A DNA stretch of 64,000 nt, taken from assembly GCA_951406725.2 (NCBI GenBank), contig OX597828.1:10230001-10294000 (forward strand), written 5' to 3'. Positions 29,807 through 44,205 of the stretch are shown here, piece by piece. The notes beneath the pieces are model-generated. The model saw nothing but the letters and a program-made list of their open reading frames with translations. It did not search any database and was not told the origin of the DNA. The position numbers were made by a program, and so were the translations under genes. The stretch is from Octopus vulgaris (Eukaryota). Numbering within the stretch: the first letter of the stretch is position 1; each line of letters begins with the position of its first letter.

Positions 29807-31304
29807 TATGTGTGTGACAGAGGGAGTGTGTATACACACACACACACACACACACACGCATATATATATGCTTACATACATATAGATGGATATATGAGTG
29901 AGAGAGCACGCACGTAAGTGTGTGGGTGTATGAAAGTCGGATTTGATGTTACAACTGATACTTTTTATGTATTTCGTCTTCAATTATTTGCTATATTTTC
30001 CAGAATTATATTCCCCTCTCTCTCTTTCTCTATCTCTCTCTCTATCTCACTCTCACTCACTCTCTCTCTCTCTCTCTCTCTCTGGCATGTACATGCTCAC
30101 ATGCATATACACTCAAATACATACACATGCATTTCCTCGGAAGCATACATATAAGTATCCACAGTCACATATGTAAATATTAAGATGCACACGTATAATA
30201 AACGTTGGTCTAGATTGCTTCAACGACAAAAAAGTATTTAATACATTTGTAGACTGATGAAGCATGTTCAGAAATCTTGTGGTACAGATAGTGGCTATCA
30301 GTATATGCTGAACGGAAATTCTCAGTCCTTGGGAATTTGTATTTAAATAGGAGGCGTATATATTTGTTTTAGAAGAAAGAAAGTGGTTAGAGCTTGTTGT
30401 TTGTTGTTTCATGGTGATTGAATTAATATTTATTTGCCTTATTTGAAAACAGTGTTTTGAGGTGGATTAGTATAATTATGTGTGTGTATATGTGTTTAAG
30501 ATCCTCTATATCTGTGTTTATTTCAGTGGCTTGAGCAAGAACCTCAAAAATACTTCACGGATGGTCTCGCCATTTAATAATTCATAGAAGCTACTTGCTG
30601 TGTTCTCTATGAATAACATCATTTAAGCACCAACGAACATCTTCTCAGACATCTCTGTCCAGCAACCCCCATCCACAATATAATTCCCTCACTCGTCAAC
30701 CTATATTATTGTGTTTAAATCTCAAAACAATTTTACCTTTTTATCATTGAGATTGCTCGCTGTAACGGAATGCTTATTTATTTACATTGTTTTGAATTAA
30801 TCATGAATTATTCTTTAGCTTTGGGTTTTCGGTTCAGTGACTATATTATTTTAAAATGACTATGTAGGGTAGGTACGAGAGCACGAATCTGACCAATTCA
30901 AAAACAAAATTTGTAGGATATTCGGGCCAGATATGGTCAGTTTAAATACTGAACAGTTCAATACCTTATCGACATGTCTCACTCCTATAAATACCCAGAA
31001 AATTGCATCTATATATTCTAGGAATTCATTTCAGAGGATGCAGTTCTGTGCCTGCAACTTTATGTGAATGTGCTGTCCGGGCTTGTCAGTATATTTATAA
31101 ATCTTTCCCTAATTCACCCATACAGACATCACAAACACCCACAGCATCGCATATATCTAGCTCCCTAATTTATGCATTTATTTATACTCATATATTTGTC
31201 TGTCTATCAACATATGTATCGATATATACATTCTGTTATAATGGGGAATCCCGCCCACTTGTATGTTGTTGTCGGCACTGTAATATTCTTGTCGCAACTA
31301 CTAT

Positions 31305-31500
31305 GTTGTGGCGAGCGGTATTTCGTCTGCCGCTACGTTCTGAGTTCAAATTCCGCCGAGGTCGACTTTGCCTTTCATCCTTTCGGGGTCGATAAATTAA
31401 GTACCAGTTACGCACTGGGGTCGATGTAATCGACTTAATACCTATGTCTGTCCTTGTTTGTCCTCTCTATGTTTAGCCCCTTGTGGCTAGTAAAGAAATA
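31305..31500 (+). mobile_element. SINE (family B, core resembling the MetaSINE-type central domain)
   Basis: GAGTTCAAATTCC B-box, then GACTTTGCCTTTCATCCTTTCGGGGTCGATAAATTAAGTACCAG. Repeated at 51075-51285, 57675-57822 and on the minus strand elsewhere. Confidence 0.8.
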
Positions 31501-32323
31501 GGTATTCCGCGTCTAATTAACTTTGACTCGTCTGTTGCGTTAACGTTGATAGCTCCACAAGACGGTGACTTTGAAACGTCTACTCTGGTGGAAACTCGAA
31601 TCCGTATATATCACGTAACTGATACTGACGCCGACTAAGAATTCGTACGTCTCAACTACCACTGATATTTCAGCAACAACTGACTGCCTGACTTTATAGT
31701 GGCTGGTCTATACCCCTTTGTCACGTGGGATGGGGAGTACCATTTTCACTACATCACCTCTTTTACAGTTTTATATTTAAGGAATATATTCCTCTATATG
31801 AGGAATTATGTACATTATTTACATTATTTACAATTGATGGGTATGATTTCTCATCTTGTTTGTTGTTAACCTTTCGGCTGATATACCCTCATACATACAT
31901 ACCATTCATTCTCACATACGTATACACAATAGATAAAACTTGCACGTACACTACAAACAAATTCCAACGAAGAAAATGTTTCGTACTTCCCTTATTGAAA
32001 ACAAACTTATGAAAGGTAAAATCATGTGTCTCCGTAGTTGATCGAAGGATTCCATATGTTAATATTAAACATGTGTTTGTGTATGTATGTGTGTGTGTGT
32101 GCGTGCATGGCTGTCTGTCTGTCTTTCTCTATCTGTTTGTCTGTGTGTTCGTGTGTGCGCGAGTGTGGATCTTCTTACAGGAAGCTGTGTATACTGTGCT
32201 AGAAATAGAGAGCGGAATAGAATTGTTGCTCAGGTTGAAATAACAGTTTCTAAGCGTATACATCTCTCTTCTGGAGAATTTATTTTTACAAAACAAGAAA
32301 AGAATGAGAAGAGCATATGCACC

Positions 32324-32655
32324 TTACTTTTTACTCTCTACTCTTTCACATGTTTCAGTCATTTGAGTGTAACCATGCTGGAGCACCGCCTTTAGTCGAG
32401 CAAATCGAACGCAGGACTTATTCTTTGTAAGCCTAGTACTTATGCTTTCGGTCTCTTTTGCCGAACCGCTTAGTTACGGGGACATAAACACACCAGCATC
32501 GGTTGTGAAGCGATGTTGGGGAGGACAAATACAGAAACACAATCATTTACACACACATGCATATATATACACATATATACGACAGGCGTCTTTCAGTTTC
32601 CGTCTACCAAATCCACTCACAAGACTTTGGTCGACACGAGGCTATAGTAGAAGAC
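32324..32655 (-). mobile_element. SINE (family A), head missing
   Basis: Reverse complement of 39260-39588. Confidence 0.85.
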
Positions 32656-32713
32656 AACAAACGTATACACACACACAGAGACAAATAAACATATACACAC
32701 ACATACATATATA

Positions 32714-33800
32714 TCTCTCTATATATATATAAAAGAGGCTTTGGGTCAAAATTATGTGCAAATTTTCCTACGTCAGAGGTTGGCGGCCAGACCAGTGGTG
32801 GGATCGAGCTGAAAATTTACACAGGCATAGAAGACGTAATGAGGCAGTTGAGTAGGTATAAAACTCGCCATCTGGAAATATATGGTCGCTATGGTGAGAA
32901 GAATGATTTTTTATCGATTCAAGGGTGCTCTAAGCCCCTCCAGATTGGCGCGATTGGCATTTCATCTAATCTATAAAATGAAGAAGGCGAACGTTGATAC
33001 AAAGTGGATTTTTATGTAAAAAGGGGTCTAAATGGGGCTGGAAGGTGATTAAAATTTACAGGAGGGGTAACTTGAGGTGAGAAATTAATTGGTAGACGGG
33101 TTGGGGCGATACAGTGGCTGCTTTGCTGTGAAAACGGGGACTTTATTGATTTTTGGGGAAACTTGGGCGTCTAGATTGGACACCTTTGGCCCGATATCAA
33201 TCAAATTTTCAACATGGTAAAGTGGAAGCAGATTTGTAATTTAAAGGCGGAAAATGGCTGCCAAATTTTGAAAATTAAAGCAAAATTTTTGAAGTTGAAA
33301 AAATTTCTTATTTTAACGTATTTTCGCCTTTTATTTCTTATTGTTTACAGTCTTCATTTTTCTGAAAGAAATTTACAGCTGCATGTAGCCCATGTTTAGT
33401 GCTTTCACTCGCATGGTCAATCGTCGAAAAATTCCCGAAATAAGTACTAAATTTAACAAAGAAATCCTTTTTTTCCTTATTTTTAATCGTTCAAATAATG
33501 ACACGTACAAAAGGCAAGTGTATTTTTCGTTGTCACTGCCTAATATTTCTGATTGATCTTTCAAAATATTTCTTTCTCAATTTACTCTTGATTTTATAAA
33601 TGGGAGAGAGATAGATAGAGAAAGATAGAATGTAAGAGCGAGAGAGAGTCCGAGAGAAAGGAAGAGTAAGAGAGTGGGAAAGTGAGAGATAAAGGAGAGA
33701 GAAACAAAGAGCGAGAATGTGGCGATAAGAAACCGAAAGGAAGCAACAGAAAGTAACGACCACACACTCACCCGCGCATAGACCGGGTCACTTTATGCTA

Positions 33801-33801
<1 letters not shown>
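32714..33801 (+). mobile_element. Non-autonomous Helitron-like element
   Basis: 5' TC(TC)TATATATAT..AAAAG start. 3' subterminal hairpin ACCCG-N9-CGGGT (33770-33788) followed 9 nt later by CTAG (33798-33801). No TIRs. Confidence 0.6.
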
Positions 33802-33871
<70 letters not shown>

Positions 33872-33880
33872 CATATATAC

Positions 33881-34019
33881 GACGGGCTTCTTTCAGTTTC
33901 CGTCTAATAAATCCACTCACAAGTAGAAGTCACTTGCCCAAGATGCCTCGTAGTGGGACTAAACCTGGAACCATGTGGTTCGTAAGCAACTTACTTACCA
34001 CACAGCCACTCCTACGCCT
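33881..34019 (-). mobile_element. SINE (family A) head fragment
   Basis: Reverse complement of GGCGTAGGAGTGGCTGTGTGGTAAGTA...GAAACTGAAAGAAGCCCGTC. Confidence 0.85.
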
Positions 34020-35373
34020 ATAAGTCTCCTTACTGCATATAATTCTTTTATTATAATCATTTATTATTATAATAGTAACCGTATATCATATCATTTCACT
34101 CCGTTTTGGAATCTTCAGCTGAAAACAACTTGAGATCTTCAGCTTCCTTTATCTAAGGTCATTCGTAGACAAAAATGTGTGTATGTGTGTGATTGTGCGT
34201 GTGTGTTCGTGTATGTATGCAACTATTATTGGAACACGGATCACACTGTAGAATTACCTGTAGATTTTGTTTCCAGTTCATAAGATGCTTTGAAAAATTA
34301 TTTGTATTCAGATACGGAGAGATATTGTTTAGTTTGTAGTTTATGATACTGTAAGTGGACAATTGATGGGCGATTTCTTGTCTGTTTTTTCTTTTTTGTA
34401 TTTTCGAAGCAGCTACATTTAATACTTCCTTAAGTGTTAATATTAGAACCTAAAATCAGTATAATTTGAACTCAAACTGAGGAAGTACGAAACTGAATGC
34501 TGAGAGATCTTACACTGTTGTCAAGATATACTTTTGTTAACGTTAATACATTTCAGAGATATAGTCACTAAGAGAACATTTTACAGTCTCCGTACTATTC
34601 TCCAAACACAAGGACTTTTGGATGTACTTGATGCTTCATGGAATTTGACGTAGTGAGTAGATCTCTCCACGCCTAGCTACATCTGATTGCTTTTCATTTG
34701 TCTTAATTCAGTGTGAGCTTTTCGTATATTTATATATTTTGTTGTAAATTTTAAATAGAAACGTCAATGATATGCAACAAACATATACATGTAACTGTTA
34801 GATATTACATATCAAACTGCAGATAAAACAAATATACGAACCGATAAAGTTGGTACGTTTTCAAATAAGAACAAAGAGGAAAAGCAGCTATTATATATTA
34901 ACAATAGGATTCATTAAAGGGCAATACAAAGAATTATATCATTTGCTTAAGCAAATGATATGACATATTCTATTTCTCATAATTTTACAAAGAGAATATG
35001 AACGAAAACAATTTTTATACAAAAATATTATTTTCTAATCTTACGTAAATTAAATAAATGTTCAAAAATAAGCCAGCAATCCTATTGAAACCATTGTGCT
35101 AAGACCAAAATTCTGCTATTATTTTTTTTTAGTTACAGATTTAAATGAAGTTAAAATAAGAAAACAAAAAATAAAAAGGGAAGGTTATGGCTGGATCTTT
35201 AGTAATTATATTATTCTGTTGTAGCATCTTTTTCTCATAATTCCTTCTGCCTTGTTTTTTTCCTTCTTTTCCTCAACTTTTATGTATTCAGTTTTTGTAT
35301 TTCATATCAACAACAGTAGGGAAACAAAAATGAGAATACACGAAAAATAAAAGAACACACTAAAATGAAAATA

Positions 35374-35486
<113 letters not shown>

Positions 35487-36505
35487 ATGTATTTAATGCT
35501 AAACTAACTCACACGTTTTACTATCCTTTTTGGTGTTCCATTGATAATAATAAATCTATACGAATTTCTCAGCGCCTACACACTTTTGTTTCGATGTAAT
35601 AGTGATGGCGTCAGACAAATGAAAAGTTGCGTGAGCGTTGCATGAAAACAGGTCTGATGTATATTAAATCAAATGTTTTATGCAGCAAAAGTAGAGTTAT
35701 TTCATACATTACAGTGGCAATATTTCATTTGTTGGCGCCACGCAACTACAAATCAGTCAGTATTGCTAAAAAGGTCATCGGCGTAGATGATTAGGCAGTC
35801 AAAACATTTTAATGTTCAGTGTCTTTTCCACATTTCCACAGAAGATCTTAAATCTACTTGATGATATCGAAATTGAAAAATTCACTTAATCTGACGAAAT
35901 TTTCAATACATAAGTCATTTATATTTTGACTGTGTGAAAATTATTTTATAAACTTCCTTTGCTTTCTTTCTTCACATTAAATTATCTAGTATTATTACTT
36001 TTGTTTTCCTTTGCTTTTCATGTTATTCTTGTCCAATGTTTCGCTTTTACAATGTTGTATTAGATCGAACAGCCTATATAAATCCTCTTATCATATTGAT
36101 TCTTGAACTTGAATATCAAATATAAAGGCGCTTGCTTCCATATCTACATAGAAACAAACATCCAAATCGATTGATCAATTGTTTGCTCAAATCCATAAAA
36201 TACCACACAATATACCAACTTCACAATACAACGTATATCTAATTTTCAGACACAAAGCTCTTCGGTGATCTAACCCATTGTCTCTCATTTGCATTCCTTC
36301 TGACTCCCTCTCGCCATTCCTCCGTCTAAATCTTTGTCTATCTACCTATCACTCCCTCTCTCACTCTCTCTTTCTCGACACATATGTATGTGAGTGCATA
36401 CTGAGAGTGAGCGAGTGAGAGAGAGAGAAATATATAGATGGTATAAAGATAGATGGAATAGATAGTGACAGAGAAAAAGAGAACTATTCATACACACACA
36501 CACTG

Positions 36506-36643
<138 letters not shown>

Positions 36644-37285
36644 AATATAAATATATATATGTATATATATATTTTTTATATATATATATATATGCGGATT
36701 TTTACCTATCAGCCTATGTATTTATCTACGTCAGAATGTAGGCACAAACATCGACGAATATGTTTTCTTTATTCCCTTTCTTATAAACTTAAATATATAT
36801 TCGTTTGTCCATTGCAATATCTATGAATATATCTATTATTTATATTCCACTCATTTACATTTCACTCTTGGTATCATGCGCAGTTTGTACACATGTACAT
36901 CCATAAATATATGCACGTATATGTGTGTGAGGTAGGTAGACATACATATGCTTATATGCTTAACGTGTACGCGTGTAGAATGTATTCTTGTAAGTATATG
37001 TACTTACTTTAATATCACATTATATAGGCTTAAACCTCATGGAAACATTCGACACACTAAATATGAACGCAAAAAGACGAATAACCAGAAGTGTACTACA
37101 TTTCGAAACACAGGTATATTCAGCAACTAGTTCACATGAAAATAAAACGAACAACAACATTACCATGTTGCAATATATACATGTAGTGAGAACATTACAT
37201 GCAGATTATTGCACATATTCTATGTTAATTTAAAACACATAATTATTTATCTCTATATTTATACAGGAATAACTCTGAATATAAC

Positions 37286-37326
<41 letters not shown>

Positions 37327-37597
37327 GGGGGGCAGTAGGGGGAGTGCTAATGTGTGTCTGTGAGTCTGTGTATGTGCGTATGAATACTAGTCACAAGTCC
37401 CGTTCTTTCTCCAATTTGAAAAGAGGCTATTACTTTCGTTTATTTATGAGTTGATTTCTTAATTTCACACTAGTATAAATAACTATAATGTTGATACTTA
37501 ATCCTCTTTTAGTCAAATCCATGCAATGCTTAATTCAGTTGATTTAATAAGCATGGATAAGCAACTCTATAATTTATGAAAATATTTTCCTTCGTGC

Positions 37598-38853
37598 CGG
37601 TTACGCATCCCCAATTCGATGCCTTTCTTTTTTCATTCCAATTTGTAAACGTTTTAACGGTATATTTTGATGTCTAATGACATCAGGTAATATTTGTATG
37701 TATTTGAAGATATTCAAACTATTTAAATTCCCTTTCGCAGGATAATCTAATTGAAATTTCATTGATTATAGCTCTTCGAACATGTTAATATCTAAGGAGC
37801 ATTTGAGGCACATAACATTTCATGAGTTTTAAAAATTAAATTCTGCAGCTGAAGCGACTCGAAATATTCACCCAGCTTATGGAGGAGAGCGCCTGAATGA
37901 AAGAACATACAAAAGATTGTTTGTAAAATTCAGAAGTGGAGATTTAAGCCTTCAAGTTGAAGCCCGAACAAGATAACCAATTGAGTTTGACGATAATCTT
38001 CTTTTGGCATCGCTTGAAATAGATCAGGCACTTTCAGCTGAAGAATTGGTTAGCTGGCTTCGTTCAAAGTACACAACTGTTCAGTGCAAACTTTAACAGC
38101 TTGTATAGGTCCTAGAACCATGAAAATAACTGCCTCATGATTTGCATGAAGCCAACTGCAAATTCTGTGTAGACATTTGCTTTGCTCTTAGTCCTCGTCA
38201 ACTCATCTCACCCTTTTTGGAAAGACTGATGACCGCTAATGAAAAACGTGTTATCCAAGAAAATGTTAAGCGTCGTAGACATTGGCTTGGTGAAGGGGAA
38301 AAGATCCAACCTCAATCGAAAAGGAAACTCTATGCGAAGACGTTTCTTCCTTTTTATGGTGGGATTCCAAAGGAGTCTTCCACTTTGAGTTTCTATCAAC
38401 TAAGGCAACAATCAATGATCTAATTTAGTGTCAGCTTTGAGGAAAAAAAGGGCCAGCTTTAGAGACTCGAAATACAGTGGTATTTCAGCAGAACAATGCA
38501 ATACCCCGCAGGGTAAAGATCACGCCAAAGGAGATCGAGGAAATTGGCTGGGAGAAAACTGCTCATCTGCGTTATTCCCCAGAACTTGTTCTTTCAGAAT
38601 ACCATTTGTTTTATAGTTTCCAAAATTATTTGGATGGATTAACTCTGGAAACAAGTGAGGAAGTCCGACCATGATCTTTCAGTGTCTTCCGCTCGAAACC
38701 GGAGTGGTTCACTAATAAGATTAAAAGGCTTACGAGCAGATAGATAGATGTCATAGATAATCATGGTAACTATATTGACGATTAAATTTCATTAAATAGT
38801 AAGATTTGATTACTTGATTTTATTTATTTAAAATCCAGACATTTCTTATGGGA
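37598..38853 (+). mobile_element. Mariner-like transposon fossil
   Basis: From ATG 37782: MLISKEHLRHITFHEF..NSAAEATRNIH..KFRSGDLSL (mariner HTH); FLERLMTANEK (cf. IVTGDEKW); YSPELVLSEYHLF (cf. YSPDLAPSDYHLF); HGNYIDD*. The right end TTCTTATGGGATG resembles the TIR of the 44206 copy. Confidence 0.85.
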
Positions 38854-39176
38854 TGTGTATGTGTGTGTGTATGTGTGTGTATGCGTGTGTACGTGTGTGT
38901 GTGTGTGTGTGCATGTGTGTGTGTGTACGCACATATCTATACGTTTTATATCTATAAGCCCACCAGAATTGCTGAGCCAAACGTCTAGCTTCAGCTTGTC
39001 TCTCACTTCACGTGTCTAACACGATGAATTGTCCCAACTCCAGCAGATTTATCGCTCTGAATCTCTCACGCTTTATGTAGCTTGGGCTAGATATTTACTC
39101 ATGTTTAACAAAATCATTCTATCTGGGAAGTTTTGACATTAATTACAAGCTTCGGACAGAATAATTTGAGAAATTT

Positions 39177-39588
39177 GAGTGGCTGTGTGGTAAGTAGCTT
39201 ACTTACCAACCACATGGTTCTGGGTTCAGTCCCACTGCGTGGCACCTTGGGTAAGTGTCTTCTACTATAGCTTCGGGCCGACCAAACCCTTGTGAGTGGA
39301 TTTGGTAAACGGAAACTGAAAGAAGCCCGTCGTATATATCTATATATATGTGTGTGTATGTGCGTGTTTGTGTGTCTGTGTTTGTCCCCCCAACATCGCT
39401 TGACAACCGATGCTGGTGTGTTTACGTCCCCTTAACTTAACGGTTCGGCAAAAAGAGACCGATAAAATAAGTATGAGGCTTACAAAGAATAAGTCCTGGT
39501 GTTGATTTGATCGACTAAAGGCGGTGCTCCAGCATGGCCACAGTCACATGACCTAAACACGTAAAAGAGTAAAGAGTAAGGAGTAAAG
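39177..39588 (+). mobile_element. Near full-length tRNA-derived SINE (family A) with internal microsatellite
   Basis: A-box TGGCTGTGTGG, B-box GGTTCAGTCC, internal (TA)/(TG)n and a (AAAGAGT)n tail. Several homologues occur in the window. Confidence 0.9.
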
Positions 39589-40744
39589 ATCATTTTTTTG
39601 TGCCCACTGCTCTTAATCGTTTTGGGGTTAATATAATAATGTTTGCTGTTGGTACTTATTTCTGTCTTAACTTGATATACTCTCCATCCAAATATGCAAC
39701 CATGTACCTATGTTAGTAATCAGTATATATTTAGTCAATACAAGACAAATTATAATTACAATGTGTTATTTTTCTGCTATACTTTCATCACAATATATCA
39801 ACTGTATCCGGAATATAATGCGCATGAACATTATCATTATCATTAAGAGAAGAAAACATTTCTTTCAAAGGAATTAAATTATTTATCGCTTTTCATAAAT
39901 CTAAACAATATATGTTTATTAATGAGTAAAAAAGAAAATTAAAACTGATACGTCATTATTGTTTCGTGAATTAAATAAATGGTTTCATTTTCTTGTTATT
40001 TTTTTCCTATTTTGTAGATCGACCAGGTTGAAAAACGAAGGAAAATATGAATATTTACGGAATTCCTTCACGATTTGTAATATTGAAAGACCGAATGGAT
40101 AGATAAATAAATAAACCAAAACAATAATTTTTTTAATTATGAGTATATATGTTTCCTGTTATCTATGAACAATTTTGCAGTGAATGTTAGCGGTTGGAGC
40201 TCTGGCGATTTGATATCATTGATGTGTCTCTGGGTTCACAATTTCAACGCCGAAAGAGAAATATATACTTTAAGAAAATGACAAGAATCGATCAAAATTT
40301 TGCAATTATCAGATGTTTGATATTATTTCCTCTGACAATTAACTGACTGCAAATCTCTTATTTCAAAACTTATATCTCTATAACTAATAGGGAACTGCAC
40401 AAGATTAATGTAATATAATATTTATTTTAAAATATATAGAAATATATATGTGGTATTTTAAAATTGTATTAAAATATTTATTGAAATTTATTTCTGTTTT
40501 ACAAAATGATATCGTATCAAAGTATTCAAAACATGAATTTGTAGAAAGGACGTATGTTACAAGGCGTGTAGGGGACATTAAGTCAAATGATTTCATTAAA
40601 TCGTTGAGAACCCTAACATTAATTTCACAGTTTTGCAAACATCTAGAGTAGTAATACACATATGTTAGATAGCAAGCAGAAAAGAAAAAAATTACCAGAA
40701 CTCAAGGCTGAAAAGTATATATATATATACATATATATATACAC

Positions 40745-40778
<34 letters not shown>

Positions 40779-40957
40779 GTATCCATATACGTGAATATCA
40801 ACAAGTGAAACTAATTAGTACGTAGGTAATCGTTTTTAATTTCGTATATTTTCATTTGTCTTGCTTATTTTTACACTTTGTTTTTTTGCTGGAAAATGAC
40901 GATTTTGATGTCTATTTCTTCCATACAGGCTGTCCACTATTAGTGGTCATTCCTCTA

Positions 40958-41038
<81 letters not shown>

Positions 41039-41625
41039 GTTTGTCCACCAAACAGCTGCTTTCCCAATGGTCTTTCGATTGCTATTGGTGTAGGTCTCTG
41101 TCATTCCAAAAAGGTTCAGTTAAACTACATATTTCGTACATTGAGCCCCAGTTCGACTAGCCCTCTGAGGTCTCCACATTATAGCATTTCTTCACTTATA
41201 AATGTTGAAGATTAGCAACAACAAATCTATCAATTTCATAAATGTAGCAGTCAGAGGATTATATCAGCGCAACCTAGTCGTCCAGATCCCAACATTATAT
41301 AATAAAAAAAATAAAATGATAATAGGCATAATTAAATCTCAGAATGAGATTGAAACAGAAATGGCTTCTATACTTACAAAATGATAATAATTGTATAAGT
41401 AAACTGACCGCTAAAATTTTGTAAGAATATCGAAATATTGTTTGGTTTGTTGTGTTGTAAACATTGTTGAATCTCTAAATTATCTGGCACCCTTATTATA
41501 AGGCTCCCAAATAATCGGCATGTTGCCGGATATTTTAGATTTCAAGCTAGCAATAAGTGCTGCTCCCGCCAAGTTGAAGGAATATACTATTTAGTTTACT
41601 CTAATATAACCATAGACTTTCCAAC

Positions 41626-41689
<64 letters not shown>

Positions 41690-44205
41690 GTGTCGTTATT
41701 CTACAAATTATATACTTTTTTATTATTTTATTTGCAATTTACTTAATCATTGACTTTTTATTTTTATTTTTATTTTAATATTTCTATTATATGTAATTTT
41801 CTCGATGGTGTAATTTAATTGTTCATTTTGAATTGATAAAAGGTGTTTTTTTTCCCAATTTATATATGTAAGTATGTACATATGTATATACGTATGCATG
41901 TAATTTTTTCATCATTATATTCATCGACGTATGTTTATGAATAAATTCACATATCTCTATAGATACATGTGATTATACTGACATGTAACCTAAGACGGTT
42001 ATTCCAAAAATCGTAGAATTAGCATTTCGACGGCTATGCATCGCTAAAAGTAAAGAAGAAATCAGACTGAAGTAAGTTGGTATATAAGTTGATATGTGTT
42101 GATTTCCGAACAGAATATCTACAGCCAAATGCCTAAACCATGTCGATATCTACCATATATAATTTAACTCCCGACAAGTCGTTATCTTAAAGTTACAAAT
42201 TATTCTTGATTTTTACATGAATATGATGTTTAATTGAGTTTTAGGTTACATGTTATGATGATTAATAGAGATCATACATCGTAGATGTGCAGATTTTATG
42301 GCATATAATTAAATTGCGAAAAGAGGAATTATAACCAAATGTAAAATTAAATATATTACCATGCATATGTAATAGTTAGTACATTTCATTTGCTCACTGG
42401 TGTCTGAAAGTTTATATCCATGATCGTTTTAACCAAAACAACAGAACGAGTTAGTTTGATGGACACTTAACATTCACAGTTACAGGATATGCGGAGAAAT
42501 TGAGTAATGGAAGTTACTTTGGTGCTTTCATTGTTTGTCGAATTTTATATGATAACCTTTAGAGAATCTAGGTTACAAAGGAAAGAAAATAGGGATATAA
42601 ATATATTGATTATATTTCATTCAATCAGTACTCCGTGCCCGAAGGGCGTTTTTTTTACTTTTAAGTTTCACATTAAAATAAAAACCCTTTATTTGTATGA
42701 CTTGAACACATTATAGCACATTCCTGGATGTCTTGACGCACTAGATGTTCTACACGAAAATGTTTTCTTCTCTTTATCATTAAATTTTTTAATGCTTAGA
42801 ATAATAAGACAATTATGTTGATTGTTTCATTTTCGTATATTTTCGAAATATACCAATTTACTTATATTTTTCAAAGGATTTCTTATCATAACCTACTCGT
42901 CGAAATTTTACATTTCTAACATCAGCATCAATCACATATTTTGATTTATTTTTCTTAAATCTCACTTGGATAAGAAAAAAATTCAGTTAAGAGAGCAAAG
43001 CATGAGAAAAGTGAATTGGTCACGTGGGTAAACAGAAGGAAGTAGCTGCATTATTTAAATGTTTTGACTCTGCTCCTTATGTTTAAAATGGGGGAACAAC
43101 GTCAGTTAAATAACGACTCATTAAAAGAAAACACTGCTATTCATAAAATAGTGTAACAGATATGTATTCCTAATACATTGTTTAAATTGCTGTAGTTATT
43201 TTGCTCTATGTCAGTGCTGATTTTAGATGTTTATGAACACAGGCAGCCCAGCCGTGACGTTCATGTAATTTTGATATCATGGAATATATGGTCACTATCC
43301 CACTTTTTTAAAGAGAACAGGTTGTGCTTGAAACGAAATTTGGTTGCTGTGTCTAGCAGTTCTAGAGTCCATTGATTTGCTTATGTATGAATATAATATT
43401 TATAAGTTCTTTCTTCATACATGTATATTTTACTATTTTTGGCAACTCACATCGAAGAAATTTCATTACCTTGACAAAAGTCTAATATTAACTCTTGGTT
43501 AACTGTTCCCTAACTCAATTATGTCTAAAATAGAGAATGTTAGTAAACTCCCGTTCTAAATCACCAATTATTTTCATTTGAGAAAAGTAAACAATGATAA
43601 ATGCTGCCCATTATTATGCTTTCATTGGCTTAAAAGAATGAGAAAGATCACTTTCGAATATAAATAATAATAGTTAGACAACAAAATATTGCGGTCAGAG
43701 CACGGATACCAATATATAAATGTCGTTCCTCACTGTGCTAAGGCACAGCTTATAAAGTAAGTGAAAACAGAAAGAGAAAAAGAAAATAGATAAATAAATG
43801 GGTTCACAAAAATACCAAACTTGTAAACTGACTGCTGATGCAGCTTTACTTTCAGAACTCTGTTCTATAAATCTTTCTCTGAAATAGCGTAACATTTGAT
43901 CGTAACTTTGAAGAAACTATCAGTCGTATAAAACTAGCTCCTCGGGCAGGTTTATGCACATTATTCTACTTCATAAGCATATCTTACATTGCATCCGACC
44001 TATCGTATTCTACAGCCTAAAAATCCACATCACTTACACCGGCACTTCAGAATATATACAAGGAAATGCATACAATAGCTTAATTTGACTAAGCATTTTT
44101 GTTACGATAATAAAATAAATGAAATTTTGATATAAGTAACAGTGTATATAGCACAAAACGATTTCAACATGGGCAAGTAGACACCTGTGTGTGTACGTAT
44201 ATATA

